A DNA stretch of 64,000 nucleotides. Origin: an uncultured bacterium. Its GTDB lineage: Bacteria; Fidelibacterota; UBA2242; JAFGTP01. Position 1 is the stretch's first letter. Every line of letters starts with the position of its first letter. Of this stretch, positions 17,993 to 27,972 are shown one piece after another. A program made the position numbers and the translations under genes. Location: positions 513 through 64,512 of the forward strand of contig CAZCHS010000002.1 of assembly GCA_964498725.1 (NCBI GenBank). The letters are read 5' to 3'. The notes under the pieces were generated by a model. It was given only the letters and a program-made list of their open reading frames with translations, did not search any database and was not told the DNA's origin.

Positions 17993-19165
17993 ATGAATAC
18001 AATTATACTGTACAATGGAAAAATTTTTACAGGTGTCGCGCTGCTTGAAAACAATACTGTCATTATTAAAGACGGCAAGATCGAGGATGTCATCTCCAAT
18101 GAACGATTTACGAGTAAGGATATTCCCAAAGATGCGGAAGTCTATGATGTCAACGGTGCGGTAGTTTCACCGGGATTTATTGATACACATATTCATGGGA
18201 TCAAAGGCTATGATACCAGTGACAATTCCCCGGACGCGATTCACGGCATGTCGGAAGCCCTGATTGAGCATGGTGTGACTTCTTTTTGTCCTACTATGTA
18301 TCCCCAGCAAGAGGATGATTTTTTAGCCGGAATAAAAGCTATAACCGATGCCATGGATAATGAACCGGGCGCGGAAGTGCTGGGACATCATCTGGAAGGA
18401 CCTTTTGTATCCAGGGATAAACATGGCGCTCTGGATCAGCAATATATGAAAGAGGTCGACCTCGATTTGATGAAAAAATATTATGAAACTTCCAGGGGAA
18501 AGATTGCGATCATGACAGTTGCGCCGGAATTAAAGAATATGCGTGAACTGGCGCTGTACGGAACCAAACAGGGCATTGTTTTATCTGCCGGTCATTCCAA
18601 TGCGACCTACGAACATATGGTTGAAGGAATGCAGGCCGGTATTCTGCATTCAACTCACTTTTTTAATGCTATGCGGCGATTGCATCACCGGGACCCCGGT
18701 GTTGTTGGTGGTATTATGATTCATCCCAATATCAGTTGTGAAGTCATTGCTGATGGACATCATGTTCACCCTGCAATCATAAAATTATTACTGCGGGTAA
18801 AGCCGATTCACAAAATTGTCATGGTAACTGATGCGCTGCGGCCCACCTGCCAGACAACCGGAAAATTAATGGCCAATGGTGAAGAGGTTTATTTCAGCGG
18901 TGGTCTTTTTAAAAAGAAAGGCGACGATACAATTGCCGGTTCCTCGCTAACTATGATAAAGGGTGTCAAATACCTGAATGAAATTGGTGTTTCCCTGGAA
19001 GATTCATTACGAATGGCAGCCTGTAATCCGGCAACAGTTATCAGCAGGCAATTTGATAAGGGCTATATCATTCCCGGAAAATCCGCTGATATAACTGTTT
19101 TTGATAAAGAGTTCAATATCAAGATGGTAATGACCCAGGGCATCATAAAAAAGAATAATCTCTAA
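17993..19165 (+). CDS. nagA: N-acetylglucosamine-6-phosphate deacetylase
   Basis: 'SPGFIDTHIHG', 'HLEGPF', 'AGHSNAT' and 'THFFNAM' motifs; 390 aa. Confidence 0.92.
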   Translation: MNTIILYNGKIFTGVALLENNTVIIKDGKIEDVISNERFTSKDIPKDAEVYDVNGAVVSPGFIDTHIHGIKGYDTSDNSPDAIHGMSEALIEHGVTSFCPTMYPQQEDDFLAGIKAITDAMDNEPGAEVLGHHLEGPFVSRDKHGALDQQYMKEVDLDLMKKYYETSRGKIAIMTVAPELKNMRELALYGTKQGIVLSAGHSNATYEHMVEGMQAGILHSTHFFNAMRRLHHRDPGVVGGIMIHPNISCEVIADGHHVHPAIIKLLLRVKPIHKIVMVTDALRPTCQTTGKLMANGEEVYFSGGLFKKKGDDTIAGSSLTMIKGVKYLNEIGVSLEDSLRMAACNPATVISRQFDKGYIIPGKSADITVFDKEFNIKMVMTQGIIKKNNL

Positions 19166-19176
19166 ATTAAAATAAT

Positions 19177-19213
19177 AAAAAAGCGCTTGTCCTACGAACC
19201 AAGCGCTTTTTTT
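19177..19213. terminator. Bidirectional terminator between convergent nagA and the pspC-domain gene
   Basis: AAGCGCTTG / loop / CAAGCGCTT, flanked by an A run upstream and a T run downstream. Confidence 0.75.
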
Positions 19214-19232
19214 ATTTGATTCAAAAAATAGA

Positions 19233-19685
19233 TTAGGTAAAATCTCTGACATCTTTATCATCTTTTTTATCCGTATCTTTTTTTCCCTGCATCAGGATGA
19301 AAACCCCCGCAATAATCAGCGCCAGCGGTACAAAATATTCCCAGGTCAGGTGAAAAACCCTGGTGACAAAATGAGTGTAGTAAAATGATTTGTCCAAAGC
19401 GACAAGGGCTCCGAATATGATCAGTATAACCCCGATGATTATTTTAGTACTGCCACCGGCTGATTGTTTTTTTGCAGGTTCCACTTCATTCTCATCTTTG
19501 AATTCCTTTGGGGGAATGATCACCCACGCGATGATATAGGTCAACAACCCAAATCCATGCATGAAAAACAAGCCCAGTGCAATGATCCGTACAATGACCG
19601 GATCGATATTCAGATATTCAGCAATTCCACTGCATACGCCGGCAATAATTTTATCTTTGTCGTTGCGATATAGTTTACGTGCCAT
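19233..19685 (-). CDS. PspC-domain membrane protein
   Basis: 'KLYRNDKDKIIAGVCSGIAEYLNIDPVIVRI' PspC signature, followed by TM helices. Confidence 0.8.
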   Translation of the reverse strand: MARKLYRNDKDKIIAGVCSGIAEYLNIDPVIVRIIALGLFFMHGFGLLTYIIAWVIIPPKEFKDENEVEPAKKQSAGGSTKIIIGVILIIFGALVALDKSFYYTHFVTRVFHLTWEYFVPLALIIAGVFILMQGKKDTDKKDDKDVRDFT

Positions 19686-19962
19686 TGAATTCTCCTTTTT
19701 TGAAATTTATTCTATTTTTAATTCATAACAAAATTATGATGAAAAAAGATTAAAATTAGTTGTCATCAAGAATACAGAAATTATGTCATTTTATTGCAAT
19801 TGTTTATTGGTTTTATGGGAATAGTAACAAGTGAGGCAATCTGTAATTGCAAAAATCCGGTAGCAGAAAACAATAAATTTATTAATTTTGGAAAAAACTA
19901 CTTGTGTGTTAGCAAATTATTTTATTAACTTTCACCGGATAAGATATTATGGAGAAGGTGAT

Positions 19963-21222
19963 ATGAATACAATTGAGAACAACTGGTTAGAAAAAGATTT
20001 AAAAGGTGTCGGCTACAAACAGTACTTACGCAAATTGGCAATACTAAAATATCTTTATACAGACGGAAAAATGCCGAAACGCGAATTGTCCAACCGAACA
20101 CGAATGAGTCCGCCGACGGTCAACAAACTAATTGAAGAATTACAGGACCTGGAATTGGTCAGAGACTACGGATTGGGCGAAGCCAATCAAAAAGGAGGAC
20201 CCAGGCCAACCTATTACGGAATAAATCCTGATTCTCGCTATATCATCGCTATTGATATTGAAACCTATAATACTAAGATTGCCATATTCAACCTGAATAA
20301 AAAAATTATCGGAGATGTGAAGGTTACTGATATTAGTGTCCAGGGAGATACCGAAAAAATTGTTGAAAATATTCGAATTGCCGTGGAATCCCATGTCAAT
20401 AATATTGGTATTGACAAAAGCACATTAATCGGCGCCGGCATTGCTTTAAAAGGATTGGTTAACTATGAATTGGGAGAAAGTTATACATACCTGACCCATG
20501 AGACGAAAAAAACACGGGATTTATTCGAAGAAAAATTAAATATTCCCGTAGTGATAGAAAATGATGCCCGCGTTATGGCGCTGGCTGAATCCCAATTCGG
20601 ACTGGCGCAAAACATGAATAATGTTCTGTGCCTGAATGTGAATTGGGGCCTCGGACTTGGTATCATCGCCAATGGCAATTTATACAATGGGAATGATGGT
20701 TTGGCCGGTGAATTCGGACATATTCAGGTGGAGGAAGACGGATTGCTGTGTGATTGCGGTATGCGCGGTTGCCTGGAAACTGTAGCTTCCGGTTATGCGC
20801 TGCAACGACTGGCCATTGAAGGATTGAAGAAAAAGGTACCCACGCGGTTGGAAAAAATAGTTGGTGACAATTATGACAAACTGGATATTCAGACGATCAT
20901 TGAAACCGCTAACCAGGGTGACCAGTTTGCAACATCATTATTGTCTGAGGTAGGATATAATTTAGGTAGAGGAATTTCTTATTTATTACATATTTTTAAC
21001 CCCGAAAAAATAATTATTGGCGGAGTGGTGTCATTGGCAGGGAAATATATTTTGGACCCTGTTAATTATTCACTCAACAAATACTCGATGGCGCAGATCA
21101 GAAATAAAACCGAAGTGCAGGTATCCAAACTTGGTAAAAAATCAGTTATTTTGGGTGCTTATGCTGTTTTTATTCGTGCGTTATTTGCTGAAATTGAAAG
21201 CCCGGAGTATTCTGCATTGTAA
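19963..21222 (+). CDS. ROK-family transcriptional regulator (NagC/Mlc-like)
   Basis: N-terminal wHTH, 'LAGEFGHIQV' and zinc motif 'CDCGMRGCLETVAS'. The ATG at 19963 follows GGAGAAGG; the track ORF (19888) adds an implausible leader. Confidence 0.85.
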   Translation: MNTIENNWLEKDLKGVGYKQYLRKLAILKYLYTDGKMPKRELSNRTRMSPPTVNKLIEELQDLELVRDYGLGEANQKGGPRPTYYGINPDSRYIIAIDIETYNTKIAIFNLNKKIIGDVKVTDISVQGDTEKIVENIRIAVESHVNNIGIDKSTLIGAGIALKGLVNYELGESYTYLTHETKKTRDLFEEKLNIPVVIENDARVMALAESQFGLAQNMNNVLCLNVNWGLGLGIIANGNLYNGNDGLAGEFGHIQVEEDGLLCDCGMRGCLETVASGYALQRLAIEGLKKKVPTRLEKIVGDNYDKLDIQTIIETANQGDQFATSLLSEVGYNLGRGISYLLHIFNPEKIIIGGVVSLAGKYILDPVNYSLNKYSMAQIRNKTEVQVSKLGKKSVILGAYAVFIRALFAEIESPEYSAL

Positions 21223-21243
21223 ACTCAAAAAAAAGAGGGTTAA

Positions 21244-22107
21244 ATGACAAAGAAATTATTAATTCTCGCCGGTGGAAAATCTTCCCGAATGAAGACATCT
21301 GAAGCAGCGGCAGGAATGTCCCAAAAGGACATTGATACGGCTAATCATAAAACAAAAGGAATGATCACGGTAAATAACCGTCCGTTTATGGACTACATTT
21401 TATATAATGCATATCAGGCCGGTTTAAAAGAAATCATTATTCTGACCGGCGAAGATGCCCGTGAAATTCGTGATTTATATGGACAAAAAGACCGGGACAA
21501 TGACTTCCACGGATTAAAAATTTCCTATGCTATTCAATATGTACCACAGAACAGAGAAAAGCCCCTGGGAACGGCTGATGCTGTCTTTCAGGCCATGGAA
21601 CAGATACCGGAACTGCAAGAAGAATTCTTTATTGTTTGTAATTGTGATAACCTTTATTCGATTGAAGGATTCAAAAAATTAATCGCACTGATTACGCCCA
21701 ATGGATGGTTGAATTACGATCGCAGCGGCCTGGATTTTCCACAGGAGCAGGTTGAGGCTTTTGCCATTACTCATACTGATGCAGAAGGCTTTTTAAGGGA
21801 CATCATTGAAAAACCCGGTGCGGAAGATGTTGCAAAGTTTGCTGACGAAAATGGCACTGTACGGGTTAGCATGAATATTTTCAAATTTGATGGTAACATG
21901 ATTTATCAACATGTCAAAAATTGTCCGTTGAATCCAAAACGGAATGAAAAAGAGCTTCCGACGGCTATTTTAAATATGGTCAGGGAATATCCAAAATCTA
22001 TGAAGGGAATTCCGATTTGTGAACATGTGCCGGATTTAACCAGAAAAGAGGATATTATTAAAGTTCGTGATTATCTTCAGCAAAAAAATATTAACTTAAA
22101 TTGGTAG
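21244..22107 (+). CDS. Sugar-1-phosphate nucleotidyltransferase (specificity unknown)
   Basis: 'LLILAGGKSSRMK' and 'PLGTADAV' NTP_transferase motifs. Confidence 0.7.
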   Translation: MTKKLLILAGGKSSRMKTSEAAAGMSQKDIDTANHKTKGMITVNNRPFMDYILYNAYQAGLKEIIILTGEDAREIRDLYGQKDRDNDFHGLKISYAIQYVPQNREKPLGTADAVFQAMEQIPELQEEFFIVCNCDNLYSIEGFKKLIALITPNGWLNYDRSGLDFPQEQVEAFAITHTDAEGFLRDIIEKPGAEDVAKFADENGTVRVSMNIFKFDGNMIYQHVKNCPLNPKRNEKELPTAILNMVREYPKSMKGIPICEHVPDLTRKEDIIKVRDYLQQKNINLNW

Positions 22108-22119
22108 CAAAGGGGACGT

Positions 22120-23931
22120 ATGTTATTACAAACAATTGACTGGACTGTTATTGGCGGATTCTTTCTCGTCGTTATAGCGATCGGTTATGTGGCTTCAAAA
22201 ACAGCCGGAAAAAACACATCGGAATTTTTTCTGGGTGGCCGGGGCATGCCCTGGTGGTTATTGGGAATTTCTATGGTAGCGTGTACCTTTTCTGCCGACA
22301 CACCGAACCTGGTAACCGGAATGGTCCGTGAAAATGGTGTTGCAAAAAACTGGGCATGGTGGGCTTTCCTGATTACCGGAATGGTTACCGTATTTATTTA
22401 TGCAAAATTATGGCGCCGTTCCAATATAATGACAGATCTGGAATTTTATGAAAAACGATATTCCGGCAAACCGGCGGCCTTTTTGCGGGGGTTTCGGGCA
22501 GTTTACCTGGGTTTGTTTTTTAATGTATTGATCATGGGAACTGTTACGCTGGCCGCCATCAAGATCGGTGCAGTCATGTTCGGGTTGAAACCCTGGGTTA
22601 CTGTAGTAGTGGCTTCCACAGCTGTAGTGCTATATGCCGGTTTAGGCGGTTTAAAAGGTGTAATATGGGCGGATTTTTTCCAGTATTCCATTGCGATGCT
22701 GGGGGCTGTCTATGCTGCAATCATAGCTGTCAAACAGCCGGAAATTCAGTCGATTGGCGGGCTCAGCGGTATGTTGAGTCAACTGGGCGATACTATAAAT
22801 TTCGTACCGGATTTTTCAGACCCGTCAACCTATGTACCTCTCCTGATCATCCCGATCGCTGTTCAATGGTGGTCAGTCTGGTATCCTGGCGCGGAACCGG
22901 GTGGTGGCGGTTATATTGCCCAGCGGATGCTTTCGGCCAAGAATGAAAAAAATGCCATTGGCGCGACCATGTTATTTAATTTTGCACACTATGCCCTGCG
23001 CCCCTGGCCCTGGATAATAGTAGCCCTGGCTTCTATTATTCTCTACCCGGATCTGGCCTCAATCAAGGCGGAATTCCCGGCCATCAACGAAATCTATCTG
23101 AAACATGATATTGCCTATCCGGTAATGTTATCAAAATTAGAGCCGGGATGGCTGGGCCTGGTGATCGCGTCACTGATTGCGGCCTATATGTCGACCATCG
23201 GTACCCATTTAAACTGGGGGTCATCCTATCTGGTTAATGATTTTTATAAACGATTCATACGGTCTGAGGCTTCCGAAAAAGAACTGGTTGCAATGGGACG
23301 TGTTTCAACGGTATTACTAATGGTTTTAACCGCAGTAGTGGCTTTGTTTCTTTTGAACAATGCTACCCAGGCTTTTAATATCTTACTGCTTTCCGGCGCC
23401 GGTTCCGGCGCGATATATTTATTACGCTGGTTTTGGTGGCGGATCAATGCCTGGACAGAGATTGTGGCGATGTTTGGTGCGACAGTTGTGGCGGTGATTT
23501 TGGTTATTTTTGTGGACGATGCTACAGTATCCAATTCCATTTTAGATGGATTTACCATGAAATTACTGATCGCTGTGGGAATCAACACTGTGATATGGCT
23601 GGTGACAACCTTCCTGACCCGGCCGGAGGATCCGAAAATTCTTCGTAGTTTCTATCGTCTGACACGTCCCGGTGGCCCCGGTTGGAGAAAAGTGGTGGAA
23701 TCTGCTATTAATGACGGTGATATTATCAATGAAAAAGAACTGGGCAAATCCTGGGAAATGCCGATTCAAATTCTCTGTGTTTTCATCGGATGTATTGTGA
23801 TTTATTCCAGCCTGTTCGCGATTGGTAATTTTGTGTATGGTAATCCCCTGTGGGGAAGTGGTTTGCTGGTAGTCGCTGCGGCCGGCATTGTCTTTTTATT
23901 CAAGTCTTTCAATAAACTGGGAGCGATTTAA
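22120..23931 (+). CDS. Sodium:solute symporter (SSF) family transporter
   Basis: N-terminus 'SEFFLGGRGMPWWLLGISMVACTFSADTPNLVTG', typical of SSF. About 13-14 TM helices. Confidence 0.8.
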   Translation: MLLQTIDWTVIGGFFLVVIAIGYVASKTAGKNTSEFFLGGRGMPWWLLGISMVACTFSADTPNLVTGMVRENGVAKNWAWWAFLITGMVTVFIYAKLWRRSNIMTDLEFYEKRYSGKPAAFLRGFRAVYLGLFFNVLIMGTVTLAAIKIGAVMFGLKPWVTVVVASTAVVLYAGLGGLKGVIWADFFQYSIAMLGAVYAAIIAVKQPEIQSIGGLSGMLSQLGDTINFVPDFSDPSTYVPLLIIPIAVQWWSVWYPGAEPGGGGYIAQRMLSAKNEKNAIGATMLFNFAHYALRPWPWIIVALASIILYPDLASIKAEFPAINEIYLKHDIAYPVMLSKLEPGWLGLVIASLIAAYMSTIGTHLNWGSSYLVNDFYKRFIRSEASEKELVAMGRVSTVLLMVLTAVVALFLLNNATQAFNILLLSGAGSGAIYLLRWFWWRINAWTEIVAMFGATVVAVILVIFVDDATVSNSILDGFTMKLLIAVGINTVIWLVTTFLTRPEDPKILRSFYRLTRPGGPGWRKVVESAINDGDIINEKELGKSWEMPIQILCVFIGCIVIYSSLFAIGNFVYGNPLWGSGLLVVAAAGIVFLFKSFNKLGAI

Positions 23932-24096
23932 AAAACTTTAGGATACATTGAGATAATTATTTATCTTTTGTAACCAACATTGTTATTTGAAATAGTTACA
24001 TTTTTCTAATAAGAAAAAGATTTATATGAAAAAGCGGTACTGAAGAATATCTCTTTTTTATACAATTTCAACTTGAATTTTAACAGGAGCTAGATA

Positions 24097-25467
24097 ATGG
24101 TTATTAGTGATCTATGCAATCCCCGACAAGTTGAAGAGAGATTAATGAGAAAAGGTTTATGTAATGATTCTTCAAAAAGTAAAGCAATATTATTTGAGAA
24201 ATCAGCCAGAACCTTATTAGAAAAAGGATATAAGGAAAAGGATTTAGTTTTTGCATATTACGTACCCGGTCGTGTGGAAGTGTTGGGAAAGCATACCGAT
24301 TATGCCGGTGGAAATTCACTTATAATCGCAGCTGACCGGGGTTTTTGTATACTTTCGACCCCACGAGATGATAATATTATTCGCGTAACAAGTGCAAAAA
24401 ACGAAGAAGATGTGATTTTTGAAATGAAGGGAAAGATCACTGCTGAAGCAGGTACATGGACACATTATCCCGCTAATGTGGTTCGTCGATTGGTACTGAA
24501 TTTCGGTCGTGATTTACAGGGATGCGATATTGTCTTTGACAGTGATTTGCCCCAGGCCTCGGGCATGAGCAGCTCCAGCGCATTCATGATTGCTGTATAT
24601 TTTGCCATTGCCGGTGTTAATAATCTGGGAAATCATGATAAATATAAAGCCAATATCCATGATAAAATTGATTTGGCTGAGTACCTGGCTTCAATGGAAA
24701 ATGGTTTGACTTTTCGTGGTTTGAAAGGTCACAAAGGTGTCGGCACCTTCGGTGGCAGTGAAGACCATACGGCTATTATCAATTGTAATTCAGGCAAACT
24801 GGCTGAATATTCCTATTGCCCGATTGAATTTATTGACGAAATACGATTGCCGGATGATTACAAATTTGTAATTGGTTCCAGCGGTGTTCATGCTATAAAA
24901 ACAGGTAATGCCATGGCCCGGTACAATACAGCCTCAGACCTGGTAAAAAGTCTGGTGGATCTTTGGAACAATGCAAGAAATACTGCTTTTACAGACTTGA
25001 ATTCCATTGTTCAGAGCAGCCGGAACGCTGTGGATGACATCCGCCATTTGCTAAATGATCATAGTCAAAATGGATATACAAGCCGGCAGTTAAGCGACAG
25101 ATTTGAACAATTCTATGCAGAAAATTATGAAATTATTCCAGAATCTGTTAAATTTTTGAAAGCAGGTAATATTGACGCCTTTGGACAATTAGTTGACCGT
25201 TCGCAAAAATTGACAACCGAACTCCTGAAAAACCAGGTGGATCAAACAAAGTTTTTAGCTTTTTCCGCCAGAAAATTTGGTGCAAAAGCAGCATCCGCCT
25301 TTGGCGCCGGTTTTGGCGGCAGTGTTTGGGCCCTGGTTCACAATGCAAAAGTCAATGAGTTTCTTGAAAAATGGAAAAATGCTTATCAGGAAAAGTTTCC
25401 TGAGGATTATAAAAAAGCAGAGTTTTTTATTACAAAAGCAGGACAGTCAGCCTTTGCTTTGGATTAA
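24097..25467 (+). CDS. Galactokinase-family GHMP kinase (long, GALK2/arabinokinase-like form)
   Basis: Galactokinase signature 'GRVEVLGKHTDYAGGNSL'. GHMP motif 'PQASGMSSSSAF'. AGGAG RBS. Confidence 0.8.
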   Translation: MVISDLCNPRQVEERLMRKGLCNDSSKSKAILFEKSARTLLEKGYKEKDLVFAYYVPGRVEVLGKHTDYAGGNSLIIAADRGFCILSTPRDDNIIRVTSAKNEEDVIFEMKGKITAEAGTWTHYPANVVRRLVLNFGRDLQGCDIVFDSDLPQASGMSSSSAFMIAVYFAIAGVNNLGNHDKYKANIHDKIDLAEYLASMENGLTFRGLKGHKGVGTFGGSEDHTAIINCNSGKLAEYSYCPIEFIDEIRLPDDYKFVIGSSGVHAIKTGNAMARYNTASDLVKSLVDLWNNARNTAFTDLNSIVQSSRNAVDDIRHLLNDHSQNGYTSRQLSDRFEQFYAENYEIIPESVKFLKAGNIDAFGQLVDRSQKLTTELLKNQVDQTKFLAFSARKFGAKAASAFGAGFGGSVWALVHNAKVNEFLEKWKNAYQEKFPEDYKKAEFFITKAGQSAFALD

Positions 25468-25514
25468 TGTGAGTGTCTTGCAAAATTTTTTTTAAATGTT
25501 GATTCCCTGGAAAT

Positions 25515-25556
25515 AGCCTCCATGATTCCCTAACCTAAGTGGAGGCTTTCCTTTTT
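25515..25556 (+). terminator. Rho-independent terminator after the GHMP kinase gene
   Basis: AGCCTCCA / 17-nt loop / TGGAGGCT followed by TTCCTTTTT. Confidence 0.65.
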
Positions 25557-25713
25557 ATCCTCCCAATACTATTAAAATTTACGGAAATTTATACAAAATT
25601 ATTGTTTTGTGGTGATTACTATATTTTCATTGAAAAATACAGAAGATTTGTATCTTTTTTTGAAATGTTTTGTTCATTCCTCCGATTATCAAAATGATTT
25701 TATGCGAGGAAAA

Positions 25714-25914
25714 ATGGAAAAAGAAATACTGACCATAGACGAAGTCGCTGAAATGTTTAGTGTGAGTAAGCGAACTGTTTATACTCTTCTCAAGGACAAC
25801 ACATTACCCGGGGTAAAAATTGGTGGTCAATGGAGGTTTTTAAAAAAAGATCTCCTGAAAGTATTTTTTTTGTCACAAAATACGCAAAAGGAAGGCGATC
25901 CAAGCAATGAGTGA
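25714..25914 (+). CDS. Small excisionase/MerR-type helix-turn-helix protein
   Basis: 'LTIDEVAEMFSVSKRTVYTLLKDNTLPGVKIGGQWRF' HTH_17-like pattern. The ATG at 25714 follows AGGAAAA. It overlaps the next gene by 8 nt. The track start (25609) is probably too far upstream. Confidence 0.65.
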   Translation: MEKEILTIDEVAEMFSVSKRTVYTLLKDNTLPGVKIGGQWRFLKKDLLKVFFLSQNTQKEGDPSNE

Positions 25915-27190
25915 AAAAGTAAAAATGAAAATCTTAATTGTTGATGATGAGGAATTATCACTGGAGATCATGGTGGAATTCTTAAGGTTTCTAGATGTCA
26001 CCGTTATAACGGCAAAGGATGGTAATGAGGCCTTTGAAAAACTAGAAAGTGAAGCCCCTGATATTATTATCAGTGACAATGTAATGCCGTCAATGACCGG
26101 ACTGGAATTATGTCGGAAAATACGGCTGTTCAAGGAATATGAAACGCTGATCTTTATTCTGACTTCAGCAGTAAAAGTCAGTGCGGAGGATGCCGCCAAT
26201 GCCATAGAACAGGGAGCAGATGATTTTATAAAAAAGGATCTGAGCAAAGTCGAATTTCTGGCGAAAATCCGCTCTTTTATCAGAATTCGGGAACTGCAAT
26301 TAAATCTTCATGAAAGAAACGAAGAGTTAAGGCGCGAAAAAGAAGAGCTGGATTATTCTTATAAACAAATTTCCGCAATGACGCGCAAGTTGGAAGAAAG
26401 CAATCGTCAGCTGTTTAAAATCAGTGAAAAAAGAAAGCGGGATTTGGAAAAGTCACTGGAATTACTTTCCTGGCTGATCGAAGCACGTCGTCAATATCAC
26501 AGGGGACATGCGAAAGAAGTTGCCAATGTTGCCGAATACATTGCGGAACAAATGGAACTTCCTGGTGGATTAGTCAAGAGTATTAAAACAGCCGCGATGC
26601 TTCACGAAATCGGCAAGATTGGTATTCCTGATGAACTGGCAATGAAAAAGCCCGATGATTATACACCCGATGAAAAAGAATTGCTTCTGCAACATCCAAT
26701 ATCCGGAGCGAAATTATTAAGTGAGTATTTAGGTGAGAGTTCAGATATTGTAAAATATATTAAATATTCTCATGAACGGTATGACGGATCAGGATATCCG
26801 GAGAATTTAAGAGGACGGGAAATACCGGTTGGCTCCAGGATTATTGCGCTGGCTAATCTGTTTGACAATATTGTTAATCGCGCCGAATCCGGTACAATTG
26901 AACGCTTTTTTGATATTCTCAATGAAAAGGCGGGATCCAAATATGATCCGTCACTGATCAAGTATATTCGCCAGTATATTAAGGATAAAGGGATAGTCAA
27001 TCATGAGCATGTGAAAGAAATGCGCTTGTATGAGGTAGAACCCGGAATGGAGATCCAGGCCGATATTTTTACAAAAAGTGGTATGAAGCTCCTTCATGCC
27101 GGTACAGTTCTGGATGAACACGCTATCAGCACCTTAATTCGATATAATAAAATTGATCCAATAGAAGATAAAATTTACATAAAAGGATGA
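25907..27190 (+). CDS. Response regulator with an HD-GYP (RpfG-type c-di-GMP phosphodiesterase) output domain
   Basis: Receiver 'KILIVDDEE...DIIISDNVMP'. Coiled-coil linker. 'HRGHAKEVA', 'LHEIGKIGIPDE' (HE in place of HD), 'HERYDGSGYPENLRGREIP'. Confidence 0.85.
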   Translation: MSEKVKMKILIVDDEELSLEIMVEFLRFLDVTVITAKDGNEAFEKLESEAPDIIISDNVMPSMTGLELCRKIRLFKEYETLIFILTSAVKVSAEDAANAIEQGADDFIKKDLSKVEFLAKIRSFIRIRELQLNLHERNEELRREKEELDYSYKQISAMTRKLEESNRQLFKISEKRKRDLEKSLELLSWLIEARRQYHRGHAKEVANVAEYIAEQMELPGGLVKSIKTAAMLHEIGKIGIPDELAMKKPDDYTPDEKELLLQHPISGAKLLSEYLGESSDIVKYIKYSHERYDGSGYPENLRGREIPVGSRIIALANLFDNIVNRAESGTIERFFDILNEKAGSKYDPSLIKYIRQYIKDKGIVNHEHVKEMRLYEVEPGMEIQADIFTKSGMKLLHAGTVLDEHAISTLIRYNKIDPIEDKIYIKG

Positions 27191-27194
27191 TATT

Positions 27195-27971
27195 ATGGAT
27201 ATTGCAACAATTATAGGTATATTGTCCGGAATAGGTCTCGTCATCGGTTCGATATTGATGAATAGTGGTCTTGATATTTTTATCGATGTTCCATCCCTGA
27301 TGATTGTTATTGGCGGTACGATTGCCGCTACCCTGATCAATTATCCGATCAGGGAATTTCTCAAAGTAATGGGGCTGTTTGTGAAGGTTTTTGTATCAAA
27401 AACAGAAGACCCTAATAAAGTTGTCGATAAAATTGTTGATTTGGGAAATGTCGCCAAAAAGGAAGGCCTGCTGGCTCTTGAAAAAAGTCTAAAAGAAGAA
27501 AAGGATGAATTCCTGGGCAAAGCTTTGCAAATGACAGTGGATGGTCTGCCGGCAGAAGTGATGGAAGCCCAGCTGCAACAGGAGATATCAATCAATCGCT
27601 CAAAACATAAAGTAGGCTGGGAAATCATGGGCGCTATGGGAACTTATTGTCCGGCCTTCGGAATGGTAGGAACATTAATCGGATTAATTCAGATGTTGGC
27701 AGATTTGAGTGATCCCGGTTCCATCGGCCCAAAAATGGCGGTGGCAATGATCACAACTTTCTACGGAGCCTTTTTTGCTAATTTAATATTCCTCCCCATG
27801 TCAGGAAAGTTACAGCGCAGGTCGGCCACTGAAACAACGCATAAAAACCTGCTGTATGAAGGTGTTCTGGGCATTCGTAACGGAGAAAATCCCAAGGTTA
27901 TGCGTGAACGCCTGATGGTCTATGTAGAAGAAAGCAATAAAAAGCCTAAAGGTAAAAAGAAAGAGGAATAA
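27195..27971 (+). CDS. motA: MotA/PomA-type stator proton(ion)-channel protein
   Basis: 258 aa, four TM helices. 'CPAFGMVGTLIGLIQML' and 'AMITTFYGAFFANLIFLP' are MotA hallmarks. Confidence 0.85.
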   Translation: MDIATIIGILSGIGLVIGSILMNSGLDIFIDVPSLMIVIGGTIAATLINYPIREFLKVMGLFVKVFVSKTEDPNKVVDKIVDLGNVAKKEGLLALEKSLKEEKDEFLGKALQMTVDGLPAEVMEAQLQQEISINRSKHKVGWEIMGAMGTYCPAFGMVGTLIGLIQMLADLSDPGSIGPKMAVAMITTFYGAFFANLIFLPMSGKLQRRSATETTHKNLLYEGVLGIRNGENPKVMRERLMVYVEESNKKPKGKKKEE

Positions 27972-27972
27972 A

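Noticed and set aside
19793-19850. ATTGCAAT palindrome and GCAAT-N5-ATTGC repeat as ROK/NagC operators; also AGATAA-N4-TTATCT at about 23962-23977
   Set aside because: These are short AT-rich palindromes in AT-rich spacers and are expected by chance. They do not match the NagC/Mlc consensus as I remember it. Comparative data would be needed.
25714-25914. Excisionase-family HTH as a marker of a prophage or integrative element
   Set aside because: There is no integrase, no phage-like genes, no att-like direct repeats and no obvious compositional break. The gene overlaps and is co-oriented with the HD-GYP regulator, so it looks like a regulatory partner.
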